Assembly (NCBI RefSeq): GCF_004010195.1
Contig: NC_057719.1
Span: forward strand, 55,090,956-55,154,955
From: Chiloscyllium plagiosum
Taxonomy: Eukaryota
Reading direction: 5' to 3'
DNA length: 64,000 nucleotides
The notes below the pieces were generated by a model. It saw only the letters and a list, made by a program, of their open reading frames with translations, was not told the DNA's origin and ran no database searches. Positions 1 to 13,150 of this stretch are shown here, in pieces. Numbering within the stretch: the stretch's first letter is position 1; each line of letters opens with the position of its first letter. Position numbers and translations under genes: made by a program.

Positions 1-2030
1 TTCCTTTCACCCTGACAGGAATATACTTTCTCTGGATTCTCGTTATCTCGTTTCTGAAGGCTTTCCATTTTCCAGCCATCTCTTTACCTGCGAACATCTG
101 CCCCCAATCAGCTTTCAAAAGTTCTTGCCTAATAGCGTCAAAATTGGCCTTTCTCCAATTTAGAACTTCAACTTTTAGATCTGGTCTATCCTTTTCTCAC
201 AGTATTTTAAATCTTATAGAATTATGGTCGCTGGCCCCAAAGTGCTCCCCCAGTGACACCTCAGTCACCTGCCCTGCCTTATTTCCATAGAGTAGGTTAA
301 ATATTGCACCTTCTCCAGTAGGTACATCCAAATACTGAATCAGAAAATTGTCTTGTACACACTTAACAAATTCATTTCCATCTAAACCCTTTCTATCCTT
401 TCTGTAGCATTTGTATCCTGGAACATTAAGCTGCCAGTCCTGCCCATCCTTGAGCCATGTTTCTGTAATTGCTATGATATCCCAGTCTCATATTCCTCAC
501 CATGCTCTGAGTTCATCTGCCTTCCCTGTTAGGCCCCTTGCATTGAAATAAATGCAGTTTAATTTATTAGTCCTACCTTGTCCCTGCTTGCCCTGACTGT
601 TTGACTCACTTCTGTTCTCAACTGTACCAGTCTCAGATCGATCTCTTCCCTCACTATCTCCCTGAGTCCCACTCCCCCCACCTTACTAGTTTAAATCCTT
701 CCGAGCATCTCTAGCAAATTTCCCTGCCAGTATATTAGTCCCCTTCCAATTTAGGTGCAATCCGTCCTTCTTGTACAGGTTACTTCTACCCCAAAAGAGA
801 TTCCAGTGATCCAAAAATGTGAATCCTTCTCCCATACACCAACTCCTCAGCCATGCGTTCATCTGCTCTATCCTCCTATTCCTGTCCTCACTAGCTCGTA
901 GTACTGGGAGTAATTTTTAAATTTCTGGCTAAATCTCTGTAATCTCCCTTCAGAATCTCAACCTTTTCCCTTCCTATGTCATGGTTCCAAAGTGGCCTCT
1001 CTCCCCCGTGAGAACATTCTGCACCCTCTCTGAGATATCCTTGATCCTGGCACCAGGGAAGCAACACACCATTCTGCTTTTTCACTGCAGGCCACAGAAA
1101 CATCTATCTGTACGTCGGACTAGAAAATCCCCGAACACAATTGATCTCTCAGAAGCCGACGTACCCCTCGTTGCATTAGAGCCAGTCTCCATACCAGAAG
1201 CTTGGCTGTTCATGCTACGATCCCCTGAGAATCCATCGCCCCCTATATTTTTCAAAACAGCATACCTGTTTGAAATGGTTATATCCACAAAATTCTCCTG
1301 CACTAGGTGCCGACCTCTCTCACCTTTCCTGGAGTGAACCCATCTATGTGACTGTATCTGAGACTTTCCCTCCTTCCTATAACTGCCATCCATCACATTC
1401 TATTACGTTGCAAATTCCTCATTGCTTCTAACTGTCTCTCCAACCGATCCACTCGATCTGATAAGATTCGCATCAACAGCATTTATGGCAGATATAATCC
1501 ACAGTAACCTCTAAACACTCTTTAAACTCCCACATCTGACAAGAAGTACATATCACTGTACTGAAGGCCATTTTTGCTCCTTCACAATCTATAGACCCAG
1601 AAAGTAACACTGTCTAATTCCTCTACAAACACTGCCCCAGGTTAAATTAATAGTTATAGCTTAATCAAGAGACGTAACTCCAAAAACATATAATCAAGAA
1701 AGAGTCCACTCTACTCACTACTGCAGCCTTTCTGTTGGACACACTTAAAGCAACGATTAACTTATCTGATTCGGTGCTGTGAACTTCACCCAAACAGGTT
1801 CCTCCAAGATTAGTTGTGAATTTCACTGTTTGTTAATTTTTCTAGACACTCTCCGATGTCCGATACATGAATTCAATACAGCAAAGGCAGTAACTGTGCA
1901 GGTTCTCTCTCTCTCTCTCTCTCTCCTGCACTGTCCTCACCATGTGCTTCCTTTGTCTGTTCTTTTCCCTTTTAAAACTGCTGTTGTCTTGACTTTTTTT
2001 TCCAAAGTTCCAAAACAATGCAACAACATA
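1..2030 (-). mobile_element. CR1-clade LINE, 5' part: 5' UTR, decayed ORF1 (zinc finger plus SGNH esterase) and start of ORF2 endonuclease
   Basis: Minus-strand ATG at 1571 gives MAFSTVICTSCQMWEFKECLEVTVDYICHKC (CxxC..CxxC). ORF 1082-1396 has ISNRYAVL and IVFGDFLVRRTDRCFCG (GDSL-like). Around 500-560 reads LNCIYFNARGLTGKADELRAW (APE start). (CT)n at ~1904-1925 lies in the 5' UTR. Confidence 0.9.
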
Positions 2031-2036
2031 TGAAGC

Positions 2037-3265
2037 AAGAACTCTATTAAGTTGGTAAGGCACGATCTCCCCCGTACAAAACCATGTTGTCTATCACTGA
2101 TAAGCCCATTATTTTCTAAATGTAAATAGATCCTATCCCTCAGTACCATCTCCAGCAACTTTCCCACCACCGACGTCAGGCTTACTGGTTTGTAGTAACC
2201 CGGAATATCCCTACTACCCTTCTTGTACAGAGGGACAACATGAGCAAACCTCCAGTCCTCCAGCACCTCACCTGTATTTAAGGATGCCACAAAGATATCT
2301 GTCAGGGTCCTAGCTATTTCCTCTCTCGTCTCCTTCAGCAACTTGGAATAGATTCCATCCGGTCCTGGGGATTTGTCCACCTTAATAACCTCTAGCCTAC
2401 CCAACATATCTTCCATACTTATGTCAACGTGATCCAGACTTATCAAACTTGTCTCTCTAATCTCAATATTCATAATTTCCCTCTCCTCAGTGAACAGTGA
2501 TTCAAAGTAATCATTCAGTATCTCACCCATTCTCTCAGGTTCGACACACAGCCTTCCTTCATTATCCTTTAGTGGACTAATCCTTTCTCTAGTTACCCGC
2601 TTGCTTCTTATATAAGAATAAAATGCTCTGGGATTCTCTTTAATTCTGCTCACTAAAGCAATTCCATGATCCCTTTTAGCCCACTTGCTTCCTCATTTAA
2701 GATTGGTCCTACTCTTCCGATTTTCCTCCAGTGCCCCAACTGTTCTTAGTTGCCTGCACTTTATTTACACTTCTCTTTTCCTCTTGGCTAGTTGTATGAG
2801 TTCTCCTGTCATCCACAGTTCATGATTCTTGCCCTTCCTATCCTTTGCCTTCAATGGGACATACCTATCCTGCACTATCTTTAACCTATCTTTGAAAGCC
2901 TCCCATATATGAAATGTGGACTTTCCTTCAAATAGCTGTGTCCAATCCACATTTCCCAGCCTTGGCCCAGTTTAGCACTGTTAGGACCACTCTCATCTTT
3001 GTCTATGAGCATTCAAAAACTTACAACATTGTGGTCACTGTTCCCGAAGAAATCTCCACTGCAACTTCTACTACCTGACCAGGTTCATTCCCCGACACCA
3101 GGTCCAATATGGCCCCTTCCTTCGTCAGACTATTGACATACTGCTCTAAAAAATGTTTCTGGATGCTTCTTACAAATTCTACCCCATCCAGACCTCTGAC
3201 GCTAAGTGTATCCCAGTCAATGTTGGGAAAATTAAAATCTCCCCTCACCACTACCCTATTGTACT
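2037..3265 (-). mobile_element. CR1 LINE ORF2 fragment (endonuclease end to RT start), degenerate
   Basis: ORF-track peptides GDFNFPNIDW, EGAILDLVSGNEPG, KSPGPDGIY, YKPVSLTSVVGKLLE, QHGFVRGRSCLTNLIEF. Confidence 0.95.
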
Positions 3266-3865
3266 TTTTCCAACACACAGAGATCATGCTTGCAGCATTC
3301 ACAGCCAGGAGATTTACCTTTCCTTTGTTTATGAATCTCATTTGAAAAGATTTTGCTTAAACTGAAAAGATGTATCAAGTTTTAAATTAATCTGTGGTCT
3401 AAGATTTAATTTACAGCATCTTTTACTCCTCAACCAGGCAATGACAACTGTCCTGGGAATTTGCTATCAATGCTGGCTATAAAATAAAATCATTGCACTC
3501 ACTGGAAATATGAGATAAAGTATAAAATACTAAAGTAACAGAGCATTGGAACAGAAAGAAAAGACTTCTGGGTTTAGCTGTTCATCAAAAAATGAACCTC
3601 TTCTTTCTCGTTGGATTTTAACTCATCTGTTGTGGATTTTGAGCATTGATTAATGTTTACATTTTATATTATTGAATATACCTGCTTTAGTTTCCTCAGG
3701 TTGGTTTGGGGCTGCAGTGTGCAGAGAACTATAACTTGATCATTGGCTTGCACATTGTTCGAAACAGCAACATGAGAATTTAATGGCTTTTTTTTCCTGA
3801 AACAAATTATTTTCATTTATTCAGAAACATATTTGCCACTTTATGTAAATTTCTTAGAAACATAA

Positions 3866-6050
3866 GGCTGAATCTTACATTTTTGTTTTGGGTTAATGTG
3901 AATTTGATCATGGGGTTTGCCTGGATTTCTGCTGTGATGTTTAGTGTGATTTCTCATCACATCTTACCAAATGCACCTCACGAATTACTAACAATGCCCC
4001 TGTTACGTGCCTCACATCCGATTGCAGCCCCATCTTGTCCCATGCTGTCCCTGCATCATCTCATTACTTTGCTGGCTACCTACTGAAAAAACAACATCCC
4101 TTGTGTTTGTGCTATCGTTAAAAGGTAATTGTGTACCCAGAAAAGCACTGGCTACCTGTGTTGCCCTTCTCAGTCAAGGAGGTTTCTAGTAAATGTCAGA
4201 TATGGGGAAGATGGTGTAGTGATTTTCCAAAAGGGACCTGGATGCCCTTGTCAAAGGGGAGGTACAAAGAAGAGGAGTTGTCTTCCTGGAGGACTTGCAG
4301 AGGAATTGCAGAGGATGCCACACCACCAGACTCTGGCAGGTTGCTCTGAGTTTGCCACTTCAGTCAGTGCCATCTCCACAATGTGGAGGATTGACCAGCA
4401 GTAGCCTTCTTATTTTAACCTTTCTTGCACTGCTACCTCACACTCACTCTATCCTGGTATATTAACCAGCACCGAGTCTCATGCTTGATGCTGGTTTAAC
4501 GTACCAACTGCTCTCATTATGACCTACAGCATCTGGCCTCACTCCCATGCCCCATTCTTGCCAACCACCCACACTGTGAATGTTGCACATGCCTCCTGCA
4601 CAGCCTACTCACTGCCATGGAGCACATTTCACCCATCTGCACCAAGAGTATTAGCTGTGCCAACCACTTTTATCTCACTCAATTCCTCTCCTCCCCTCAT
4701 TACAGAAGCAAAGAGCCCTTATCAGGGTAGAGAGCCCACAGGGGTGTAGGGGTGCATGACATTAGTTTACCCTCTTTTAGGACAGATCGCTGATCATTGC
4801 AGGAGAGGGTCAGGACCACTGGCACAAAGGACCAAGTTATCCACAAATTGTCAACCGAATAAACAACACTCTACATTTCAACAGCAACTCACACACTTCA
4901 TTGTCAGTCTCATACATTGTACATCACTTCTAACCATTGGCCACATTGCCTTCTCTCCATTTTGTCTTGCAGGTAAAGCCAGCATGTCTATCACCATTGC
5001 AGTGAAATGCCCAGCCCTTCAGGAACCCATCTTCCGGATCTCTGAGACAAAGAGCAAGCACCGGCAAGAATTCTTTGTGCAGCACCCCACAGCATCTCAG
5101 GTACTGACACCTCTCCTGTCTAGGATTAGGGAGAATGAGAACACAATCTGTTGAGCACTTCCTTATGACAGCTCCACAGCTAGCTGAAGAAGGTATGCCC
5201 AGGCTGCTGGCACTCAAAGACTGAGAGTGTCCCGGCACCTGCTCATCTTCAAGCAGGAGAGGGCCCTGTAGTGTCAGTAATCGTAGATTTTGTCCCTATG
5301 TACAGGGAGGAAAAACAGCAGCAGACAGGAAAGTGGGAGGCAATGGTCTCGTTGCTCAGAAATTGCAGCAGTGCAGTGGATCATGTGACTGTTTAACTGC
5401 CCCCCCCATGAATAGGTTGGCAGCTGCCATGGGGAGCCAGGCCCAGCACCCTCAGGGTCTGCTGGAGACACACACAAGCCACTACTCCATCACCTCAACC
5501 ATGGGTCCTCAGGGCCTATGATGTGGCAATGGGAGGATGTACTCCTGTTTTCCTCTCCTCAGGGGCACCCAGCTGAAGCAGGAACTACACTGTAAGGACA
5601 CTCCAGAGGTGGTCAGGCTCTCCACCACCACACTCGAGAGCCTGGACCTTGTGTTTCAGAGACAGCCACACCATTTAGATCAATGCCTCACCTTAGACCC
5701 TTGGAACTTCAAGCCAAGGAGGCTCAACCAGCCCCTGGGGATCAACCAAACATACCCCCAGGTTCCCTTCCACCAGCTGAGGAACCAGGGAGTACAGCAA
5801 AACATAGTGGGAGGGAGAGGAAGAAGAAAACATACTGAAGGCACTTTGGTGGCAGAAGTGACAATGCACTGCACACTATTTACATGTACTTTTATTTACA
5901 AACGACACTATTTTGATCTTGCATCTGGTTGGTTGTCGTTTTGTTGTCTCAAATGTAATTGTTCCAGCATGGTCAGACAGGGCATACCGTGGATCAATGT
6001 TTATGGTAAATGTAAGCATCACACAGTTAGGAGAGATCGTAACACACTGG
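3866..6050 (+). mobile_element. Decayed PIF/Harbinger-type element carrying an intron-containing Myb/SANT-like (NAIF1/MSANTD-like) gene
   Basis: 4223-4400 reads FSKRDLDALVKGEVQRRGVVFLED...QTLAGCSEFATSVSAISTMWRIDQQ. Acceptor-like ttacag (~4705) and ttgcag (~4972) precede further exon-like segments. A paralogous segment lies at 46830-48060. Possible terminus taa|GGCTGAATCTTAC at 3866. Confidence 0.65.
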
Positions 6051-6079
6051 TCAAGTGAGTATATTGTTCAGGGGACTTG

Positions 6080-7400
6080 GTGGCAGCCTAGGAATACAAA
6101 GCTGAGGGGGATTTGATCCCTTTTCTTGCTTTTTTTTTGGACCTATTGTTTGTAAGGCGTTTTTTAACAGGACAAATTGAAAGTCAGGACAAAATGGAGT
6201 GACATCACAGGAAAGTTAATTGGTTAATAACATCGTTAATTTGACACTTTCAGACTGGAGGTAAATAGGAAAATGTTAACAGATTATAAGCTAGAAGACC
6301 AGAAGGAATTTTTTTAAGAAAATAAATTAAGAACCAAGTAAATAAAATGGAGATGCAAGGTCAGGTGATGTGCTGTACCTGCATGATGTGGGAGTTGGTG
6401 GACCCCATTGTGGCTCATAGTGACCACATCTGTAGCAAGTGTTGGTTGCTTGAGGAACTTTAGCTCAGAGTTATTGAACTGGAACTGAACTTCAAACACT
6501 GCGGCACATCAGAAAGGGGGAGAATTACCTGGACCATGTGTTCAGAGGCAGTAACACCACTTAGATTAACTACCTTGAATTCAGTCAGGAGTCAGAGGCA
6601 GGAGGATGTGACTACAAGCGAGACAAATCGAGGGATCTAGGAGGTTTTTGCTGAAGGAGTCTCAGCCCTTGAGCTTGTCTAACAGGTTTGAGATTTTTGC
6701 TCCCTATATGGATGAGAGTGGGGGCTGCAGGAAGGATCAGCAAACTGACAATAGCATCATGATACAGGAAGCCATCAAAGAGAGGAGAGTAAAGAGAAAT
6801 ATTGTTGTAATCAGGGAGAATTTAATCAGGGGAATAGACACTGTTCTCCATGGCCAGGATTGACAGTCCCAAAGGCTGCCTGGTGCCCGGGTTCAGAATA
6901 TCTGAGTGGGGCACAGAATATCTGAGTGGGGCACAGTTATCGTTGCCCACACAGGTGCTAATGATAAAAGGAAAAGGCTCTGCTGAGGGAATATGATCAG
7001 CTAGGAGTTAAATTAAAAAAGATAATAATCTCCAGATTAATACCTGGACCACAGATATTTGGCACAGGGTCAACAAGATTAAAGATGTAAATGTCTGGCT
7101 GAAGGTGTGGAGGAAATGGATTTAATTCATGGGATACCAACATCAGTGGAGCTAATTCATGCTGGGATCAGAATCCTGGCAAATCACATAACTAGGGCTG
7201 TGGATAGCTTCAAATTAAATAGATGGGGGTGGGTGGGATGGTTCAGTTGCTTGGAAAATGATAAAATCAAAGGAAAAGGATAAGGTCAGATTGATGCTGA
7301 TAATGGAGTTGATTGTTACCAGAAAATAAAAGAAAGAGCCAGAATGTATGAATGGCTTATTGTACCAAGAAACCAGGAAAGTGGGGAAACTAGATAATTG
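6080..7400 (+). mobile_element. CR1 LINE 5' region with decayed ORF1
   Basis: From 6346: MEMQGQVMCCTCMMWELVDPIVAHSDHICSKCWLLEEL*LRVIELEL (zinc finger plus zipper). LSLSNRFEIF and IRGIDTVLHG are esterase-type segments. Confidence 0.85.
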
Positions 7401-7429
7401 AACAAATGTAAAGGCTTAGGAGCAAAATA

Positions 7430-7515
7430 CTTCAGATGCTGGAATCTGTGCTGGAAATAACAAAATGCTGGAGATCACAGTGGGTCAGACAGCATCCATG
7501 GAGACCGCGCAAGCT
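7430..7515. mobile_element. Short Penelope-like terminal fragment
   Basis: cagatgctggaatctgtgctggaaataacaaaatgctggagatcacagtgggtcagacagcatccatggaga is the same family as 34588-34743. Confidence 0.55.
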
Positions 7516-7969
7516 GTTGTAAGGAAGACCATAACATCGTCAGGGTAGGCATTCCTCAAATAAGTCGAAAGGAAGAGAAAAATTTTGTCAACTACAAACT
7601 ACGGTTGTTCTCCCTCAAATGTATAGGCTTGGTGTCTTAATGGACAAAGTATTCAGAATAAGGTAAATAAATTGAGTGTGCAAATCAAAGCAATTGAGTG
7701 TACGACTTATAACTTGTTAAGGAGGAGGGCTTAGGAGAGTTTATAGGACAAGTAACAACATAAAGTATGGAAAGGGTCAGGAATTTAACTTCAGGCACAA
7801 CAGATAAGGGGACAACTATGAAAAAGGGGAGGTGGTCAACACAGGACTGAGGGTCTTGTAGTTACATGTGTGCATTGTACGTAACTGGGTCAATGAGCTT
7901 ATAGCACATATTTAAGTTGTTATGTGCATCACAGAGATGTGACTGCAAGGGGATCAAGTGGGCAAAGAA

Positions 7970-8320
7970 GTGACTGATGGAATGCAATATAGGAAAGTGT
8001 GAAGTTACGCACTCTGTTAGGAAAAATAGAGGCACAGACTATTTTCTAAATGGGAAAAGGTTTCAGAAATCTGAAGCACAAAAGGGATTTGGAAGTTTGA
8101 GTTCAAGATTCTCTTAAGGTTAAACTGCAGGCTCTGTTGGCAGTTAGGAAAACAAGTGCAACGTTAACATTCATTTCAAGATGGCTAGATTACAAGAGCA
8201 GAGATGTACTGCTGAGTCTGGATAAAGTTCTGGTCAGACTGTGTTTGGAATACGGTGAGTAGTTTGAGGCCCTGTATCTGAGGAAGGATGTGCTGGCCTT
8301 GGTATCCATGAAGGGGCCCT
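7970..8320 (+). mobile_element. CR1 RT C-terminal fragment
   Basis: Degenerate matches to MQYRKV/CEVTH, LLSLDKVLVRLCLEY and YLRKDVLAL. Confidence 0.8.
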
Positions 8321-10789
8321 CTTCCAAAGATGCCCTTTTCTTCCAAAAATCCCTCTTTAACTGGTAATTGGCCACTGCCTAGCAAAAAACAACTTCACTC
8401 CACCTCCAGTAAAAAAAATAAAAAGTATAAACAATGATGCAAGATGCACCTGATATTGAGATTGATCTCAATTGACTTGTGTCAGATTATGCCACAAACC
8501 TTGCCATAGCATTTTGCTTGGGCCTTTACAAGATTACGCCCATAATTTTGAGAATCTGCCGGTATAACCTCCTGACTGATTTTGCTCCACATTTGCATTA
8601 ATGGTGGGTGCAAAATCAATATTTTACCAATCACTTGTGTCTGCCATTCCAATGAATTAAGGCAATAATTGCTAATGTTAGAGCTCATTTTTACCTATGT
8701 CAATAGCAAATTTGAAGTCATTGTAACTTCTCCTGCATATTATGTTCAAGTATAATTTACTTAAGAATATAGCAAATTGTCATTAAAAAGTAAAAATAGA
8801 GTTTTAAAAAAATTGGAGGCAATTCTAACCAGCCCGAATTGGTGAAGAAAGTGATGGATTACAAATTCCTGTATTTGAAACAATTCCAACCTGACTCCAG
8901 TACACCGATGCTCAGTTTTAATAAAGGGAACAGTGAAACTTACTCTTAGAAGCTGGGTGTAATATTTAAATATTTTCATGCAGTTTACAGCCTCAAATTT
9001 AACTACAACTCCAACTTTGACACTTGCAGGCCGTGTTTCACAGGATCATAAATCTAAGAGCTGAGGGAGATGAGGAAGGCTGAGTCCATTATTAAGAGTT
9101 TCAGCATTGCTTATGAAACTGGATGAGCAGGTATGCACAGATCTTCAAACATGTCTGTCTCCTTCACTATGATTCAAATATCTCATACACCACGGTTGAA
9201 TATTTGCAATGTCCTCTCCCCAACTCCCAATGTTCTCTCTAACCTCTTAACTTCCTTTTATCTCTTCTCTTGTTCTCTGTGAATCACCCCTGTTCATTAA
9301 CGAATGTCCTTTTTGGTTTCCTCGACCACAGTCCTTTCTTTCTATACGTGTCCTTTTCAAACCTCCAAAGTCCTTTCATTGTCCTCACAGAAGTATCAAA
9401 ATCCTCTCTGTTCTGTGTCACCCCAACATGATGTCTAGCCCATGACACCATGCCTTTCCTGGAATATCCTGTTTCCCCAAAACCCTCTTTGGATTTACAC
9501 AATGACCTGATCCCTTTTTCTCTGTCTCACTTTCTCCTCTCCACACTCTAGTGCCACAGGAATTTCCATTTTATAGGCAATTTGCTTCTGAAGCTAACTG
9601 GCTTCAGGCCAGTTACCCCCTCCATGCCCAACCACCAGTCACACATCAGCTATCATGCAGTCTTCTCATAAATACCAGTATCTTTAAATTGCTCTGTTTC
9701 TATCAATGCAATCCATTAGTAATATCCATTTGTTGCTTAAATAAATAAATACTTTCCCAAAAAACAAATCAGGAACAGAAATACAGTTAATACATTTTAA
9801 TGAGTTAAGAACAGAACAGTCAATGCTGACTAAAACTGTTCAATCTATTCGTATAAGGAGAGGATCAATATCCAATCAGCAGCCTATCCTTTTGCTTTCG
9901 TTCTGTAGTATCCATGCCAGGCCTCTGCTCGGCATGTTAGAAAATTGTTACCTACTATGAGCCTAATTATTTAACAGCTCGCAGAAACAATTAAATGTTA
10001 ACTTGAGAGATACAAAGCATTCTCCTAGCCCTGAATTATGCACAACCTTTTTGCTACCTTGTTTCATCTGTCAAACTTTGAAACTTTCAGATAACAAAGA
10101 CAATGTCAAAGCCTGAAGAACCAAGATTGCTGTCTGTGCAGTACTGCACTAAAGAAGAAAGCAGTAATCAGACTCCCTGCAGCATCTTCCAGTTCTATGC
10201 TCATGACACTGCCTGGATCAAAACTCACCAGGGAATTCTGTTCTGTCTGTAACTGCATGTGATGGGGACATTGCTACTTATCCCATATGTCTCCATTTAT
10301 TGCTATTGAAATAGAGAGTCAATTACAGAATGTGTGTCACGATGTGTGAGGCGGCCTGAGTGGTCATGTTGAGAATTGCAGAAAAAGCAAGATAGAATTA
10401 TAGTGAAGAGGAGTTGATTACAAGGGGAAGTTTTTGTTTCCTTTCATGGGGCATGGGCATCATCGGCAGGCCAGTATTTATTGCCTGTTCCTTGAGAGGG
10501 TATCAACAAACTGTCTTCTTGAGGTGCTGCAGTCTATGTGGTAAAGATAACAGTGGTTGTTAGTTCTGGTGGGAGAAAGGTGGTGAAGTGTTCAGAGTGA
10601 GTGAGTAGAAAGTGCAGGGGACTAGCACGGTTATTAGTGTACGCGTCATGGGATGAGTGACGGCAAGTAAGAGAAGATGTTGCATGACATAGTGACAGTG
10701 GTAGTCCAAGAGTCTAGGTAGGAGGTGGGAACAGTAGCAGATTGAAAGTGAGTGTGAATTAGCAAATAGAATAAGATGGTACTTCCATC

Positions 10790-10985
10790 AGCAGATTGAG
10801 GAATGTCTTTTAAATTCTTGCTGCATTAAAGAGCATTTCTCTGGACCACTGAGACAGCACTGACCTGGATGGCAGGGTCTAGTGTCATGCCTACATTTGG
10901 GGTTAGAGAACAACCTTCTTCTGCTTTCATCCACCAGGTCCTCCAGGTTTCAAGGAAGGCTGCCCAGTTTTTTCTTATCAGCCAT
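10790..10985 (-). pseudogene. Harbinger-type Myb/SANT-like exon, decayed
   Basis: Minus strand reads MADKKK...NLEDLVDESRRRLF...AIQVSAVSVVQRNAL*CSKNLKDI, resembling the 'V.RN..QCRKKFNDL' helix. Confidence 0.55.
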
Positions 10986-12290
10986 GATCAGTGTAAGTAA
11001 GTCAAACCATACAAGGCACCTCCAGGCTGATAGTTCTTGACCGTGTCTCCAACAGCCTTTAAATAGGCTGCCTGGGCTTACAGATCCAGAATGCTCTTGC
11101 AGGGGCATTTCTATCCACTTAGTGAGTTGGAGAATTGGACAAACAGGCCATCATAGGGACATGATGCATGTTGAACAAGGAATGCTTGTGATGATAGCAT
11201 GAGAAAACACACTAGATTTCACAGAGATAAACCCTTCATTAAAAAAGTGATAGAAGTGACATTTATTCGATTTTCAGTGAGACTTATCCCTGAGCCTTTA
11301 TTTTATGGTGGTGACGTTTTGGAAAAAGAAAGGTTCAATAACTTTGGCACAGAAATGAAAACACACCAGTGCTGATTCCAGAGAAGTGTAAAGACAGGGC
11401 AGCAGATGTATCAGATATTCTTTCTAAAAGGACAAATGCTGAAAACCGCAGAAAGCTCCAGCAGTCTGATGATGTGGAAAGGACTTGGGTGGGGAAGGCA
11501 GAACAGTTCTGGATCTTGAAAGAGACAAGCCTGCCACGTAGATATCCTCATAATCCTTGTAACAATATCTCCCATGCCATTGAGCTTGTACCTGATTGCT
11601 ATTATGCAATAAATTACATGCTCTTTCTAGAACATCAAATGGTTTTCCTCTACTATACTTAACATGAAATACCCTATAGATCCCAAACTAAAAGGTGGCT
11701 GTAAATCCATCTGGCTCATACAACATGGTGTTGATGGTGGTCATCTGAAGATTTGATGCTGCTGCACTATTACAACAAGTACCTTTTTGCCAGTTTCCAG
11801 CTGTGACAGGAAGAGGTTACATCAGCTCAAAGATTAAGCCACTAAAAACTGCAGAGTGCCGAACATATGACAACACTGGTCATTTTAAATCAGCCTATTG
11901 CATTAAAAAGCCTTTAGCTCTAAAGCTGAAGGACAAATTATAAGAACAAACGATATCCAACAGATTGAAGAGGGAAGCATCAGTGAAATAACATTCCTCG
12001 GAAAAATAAGAGAATCAAAAGGGAAATATTGGAGTGCTCACATAAAAATAAATGGGGACCAAACAAATGTCCAACTTGACACTGAGTAAGTGCCTTCTCA
12101 GATAATGTAAAATGGTGGAATCCTGAAATATTCCAGCCATTTGACTTCAGAGACCAAGAACTATCCAAACAAAAGTAAAAGGCCAGCTGACTGTGAGACT
12201 GCAGTGTGAACACAGCATAATCACTGACATTTTCTAAATATTTCAAAATCAGGGATGTTATTTCCAAGTGGGGAAAACTTGCATATTATC

Positions 12291-12576
12291 AGATTAGATT
12301 AGAAACAGGCCCTTTGGCCCAACAAGTCCACACCGACCCTCCAAAGAGCAACCCATTCCCCTACATTTATCCCTTCACCTAACACTGCAGGCAATTTTTT
12401 AGCATGGCCAACTAACCTGCACATTTTTGGACCGTGGGAGGAAACCGGAGCACCCAGAGGAAACCTACACAGACACGGGGAGAATGTGCAAATTCCACAC
12501 AGACAGTTGCCTGAGGCGGAAATTGAACCCGGGTATCTGGGGCAGCAGTGCTAACCACTGTGCCACCGTGCCGCCC
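12291..12576 (-). mobile_element. HE1-type (V-domain) tRNA-derived SINE
   Basis: Reverse complement starts gggcggcacggtggcacagtggttagcactgctgcc, contains the tgtgtggaatttgcacattctccc core and ends in a (ctaat)n tail. Confidence 0.92.
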
Positions 12577-13097
12577 ACTTATTTACAAGGCCAATGTAGT
12601 TAACACTCAAGAAAAACAAGATGGGTTCCCAAAGACATTCTGTGGCCTGGGGAAGCAAAGTTTAGCATCTTCTTGGAAAAATTGTTACATGAGATAGTGG
12701 AATAATGAGTTGACAACTTAAGTCCAAGAGATCATGATGTAAGGTCACACAATAGAGAAAAAGGACATTTGAAGAGAGCTCTCATGAAGGAGACACTCTG
12801 ACCTCAGGACAAACTATAACTGTCTGGTCCTTGTTGAAATAAGCACAGATGGCAATAGATGTGAACGACTATAAAGCCCCTTACATCCCAACAAGAAGTG
12901 ATTTCAACAATGGCCAACACAACAATGTAAAGATCTGGGATTTAGCACAACTAACTGAAGCTGTGGAGTAAGAAAGCTCATGCTCTGGTATCATTGGGTG
13001 GAGTGCCATTTTCACCAAGCTCAATGCTAGTACTAATTTCTGGTAATGTTCATTGCATGAAGAATCTAAACTCTTAACAAGGTTCATCACAATATTT

Positions 13098-13150
13098 NNN
13101 NNNTGGATGCTGCCTGACCTGCTGTGCTGTTCCAGCAATAAAGTTTCAAC
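13098..13150. mobile_element. Mini Penelope-like insertion with 14-bp TSD (contains a small N gap)
   Basis: tcatcacaatattt duplicated at 13084-13097 and 13151-13164. Internal ggatgctgcctgacctgctgtgctgttccagc matches the family. Confidence 0.8.

Noticed and set aside
3700..3790. Possible coding exon after tttcctcag
   Set aside because: Short frame, no recognisable protein and no clear donor site.
9030..9130. AG...GT bounded exon-like segment
   Set aside because: Stops in all three frames and no supporting neighbouring exons.
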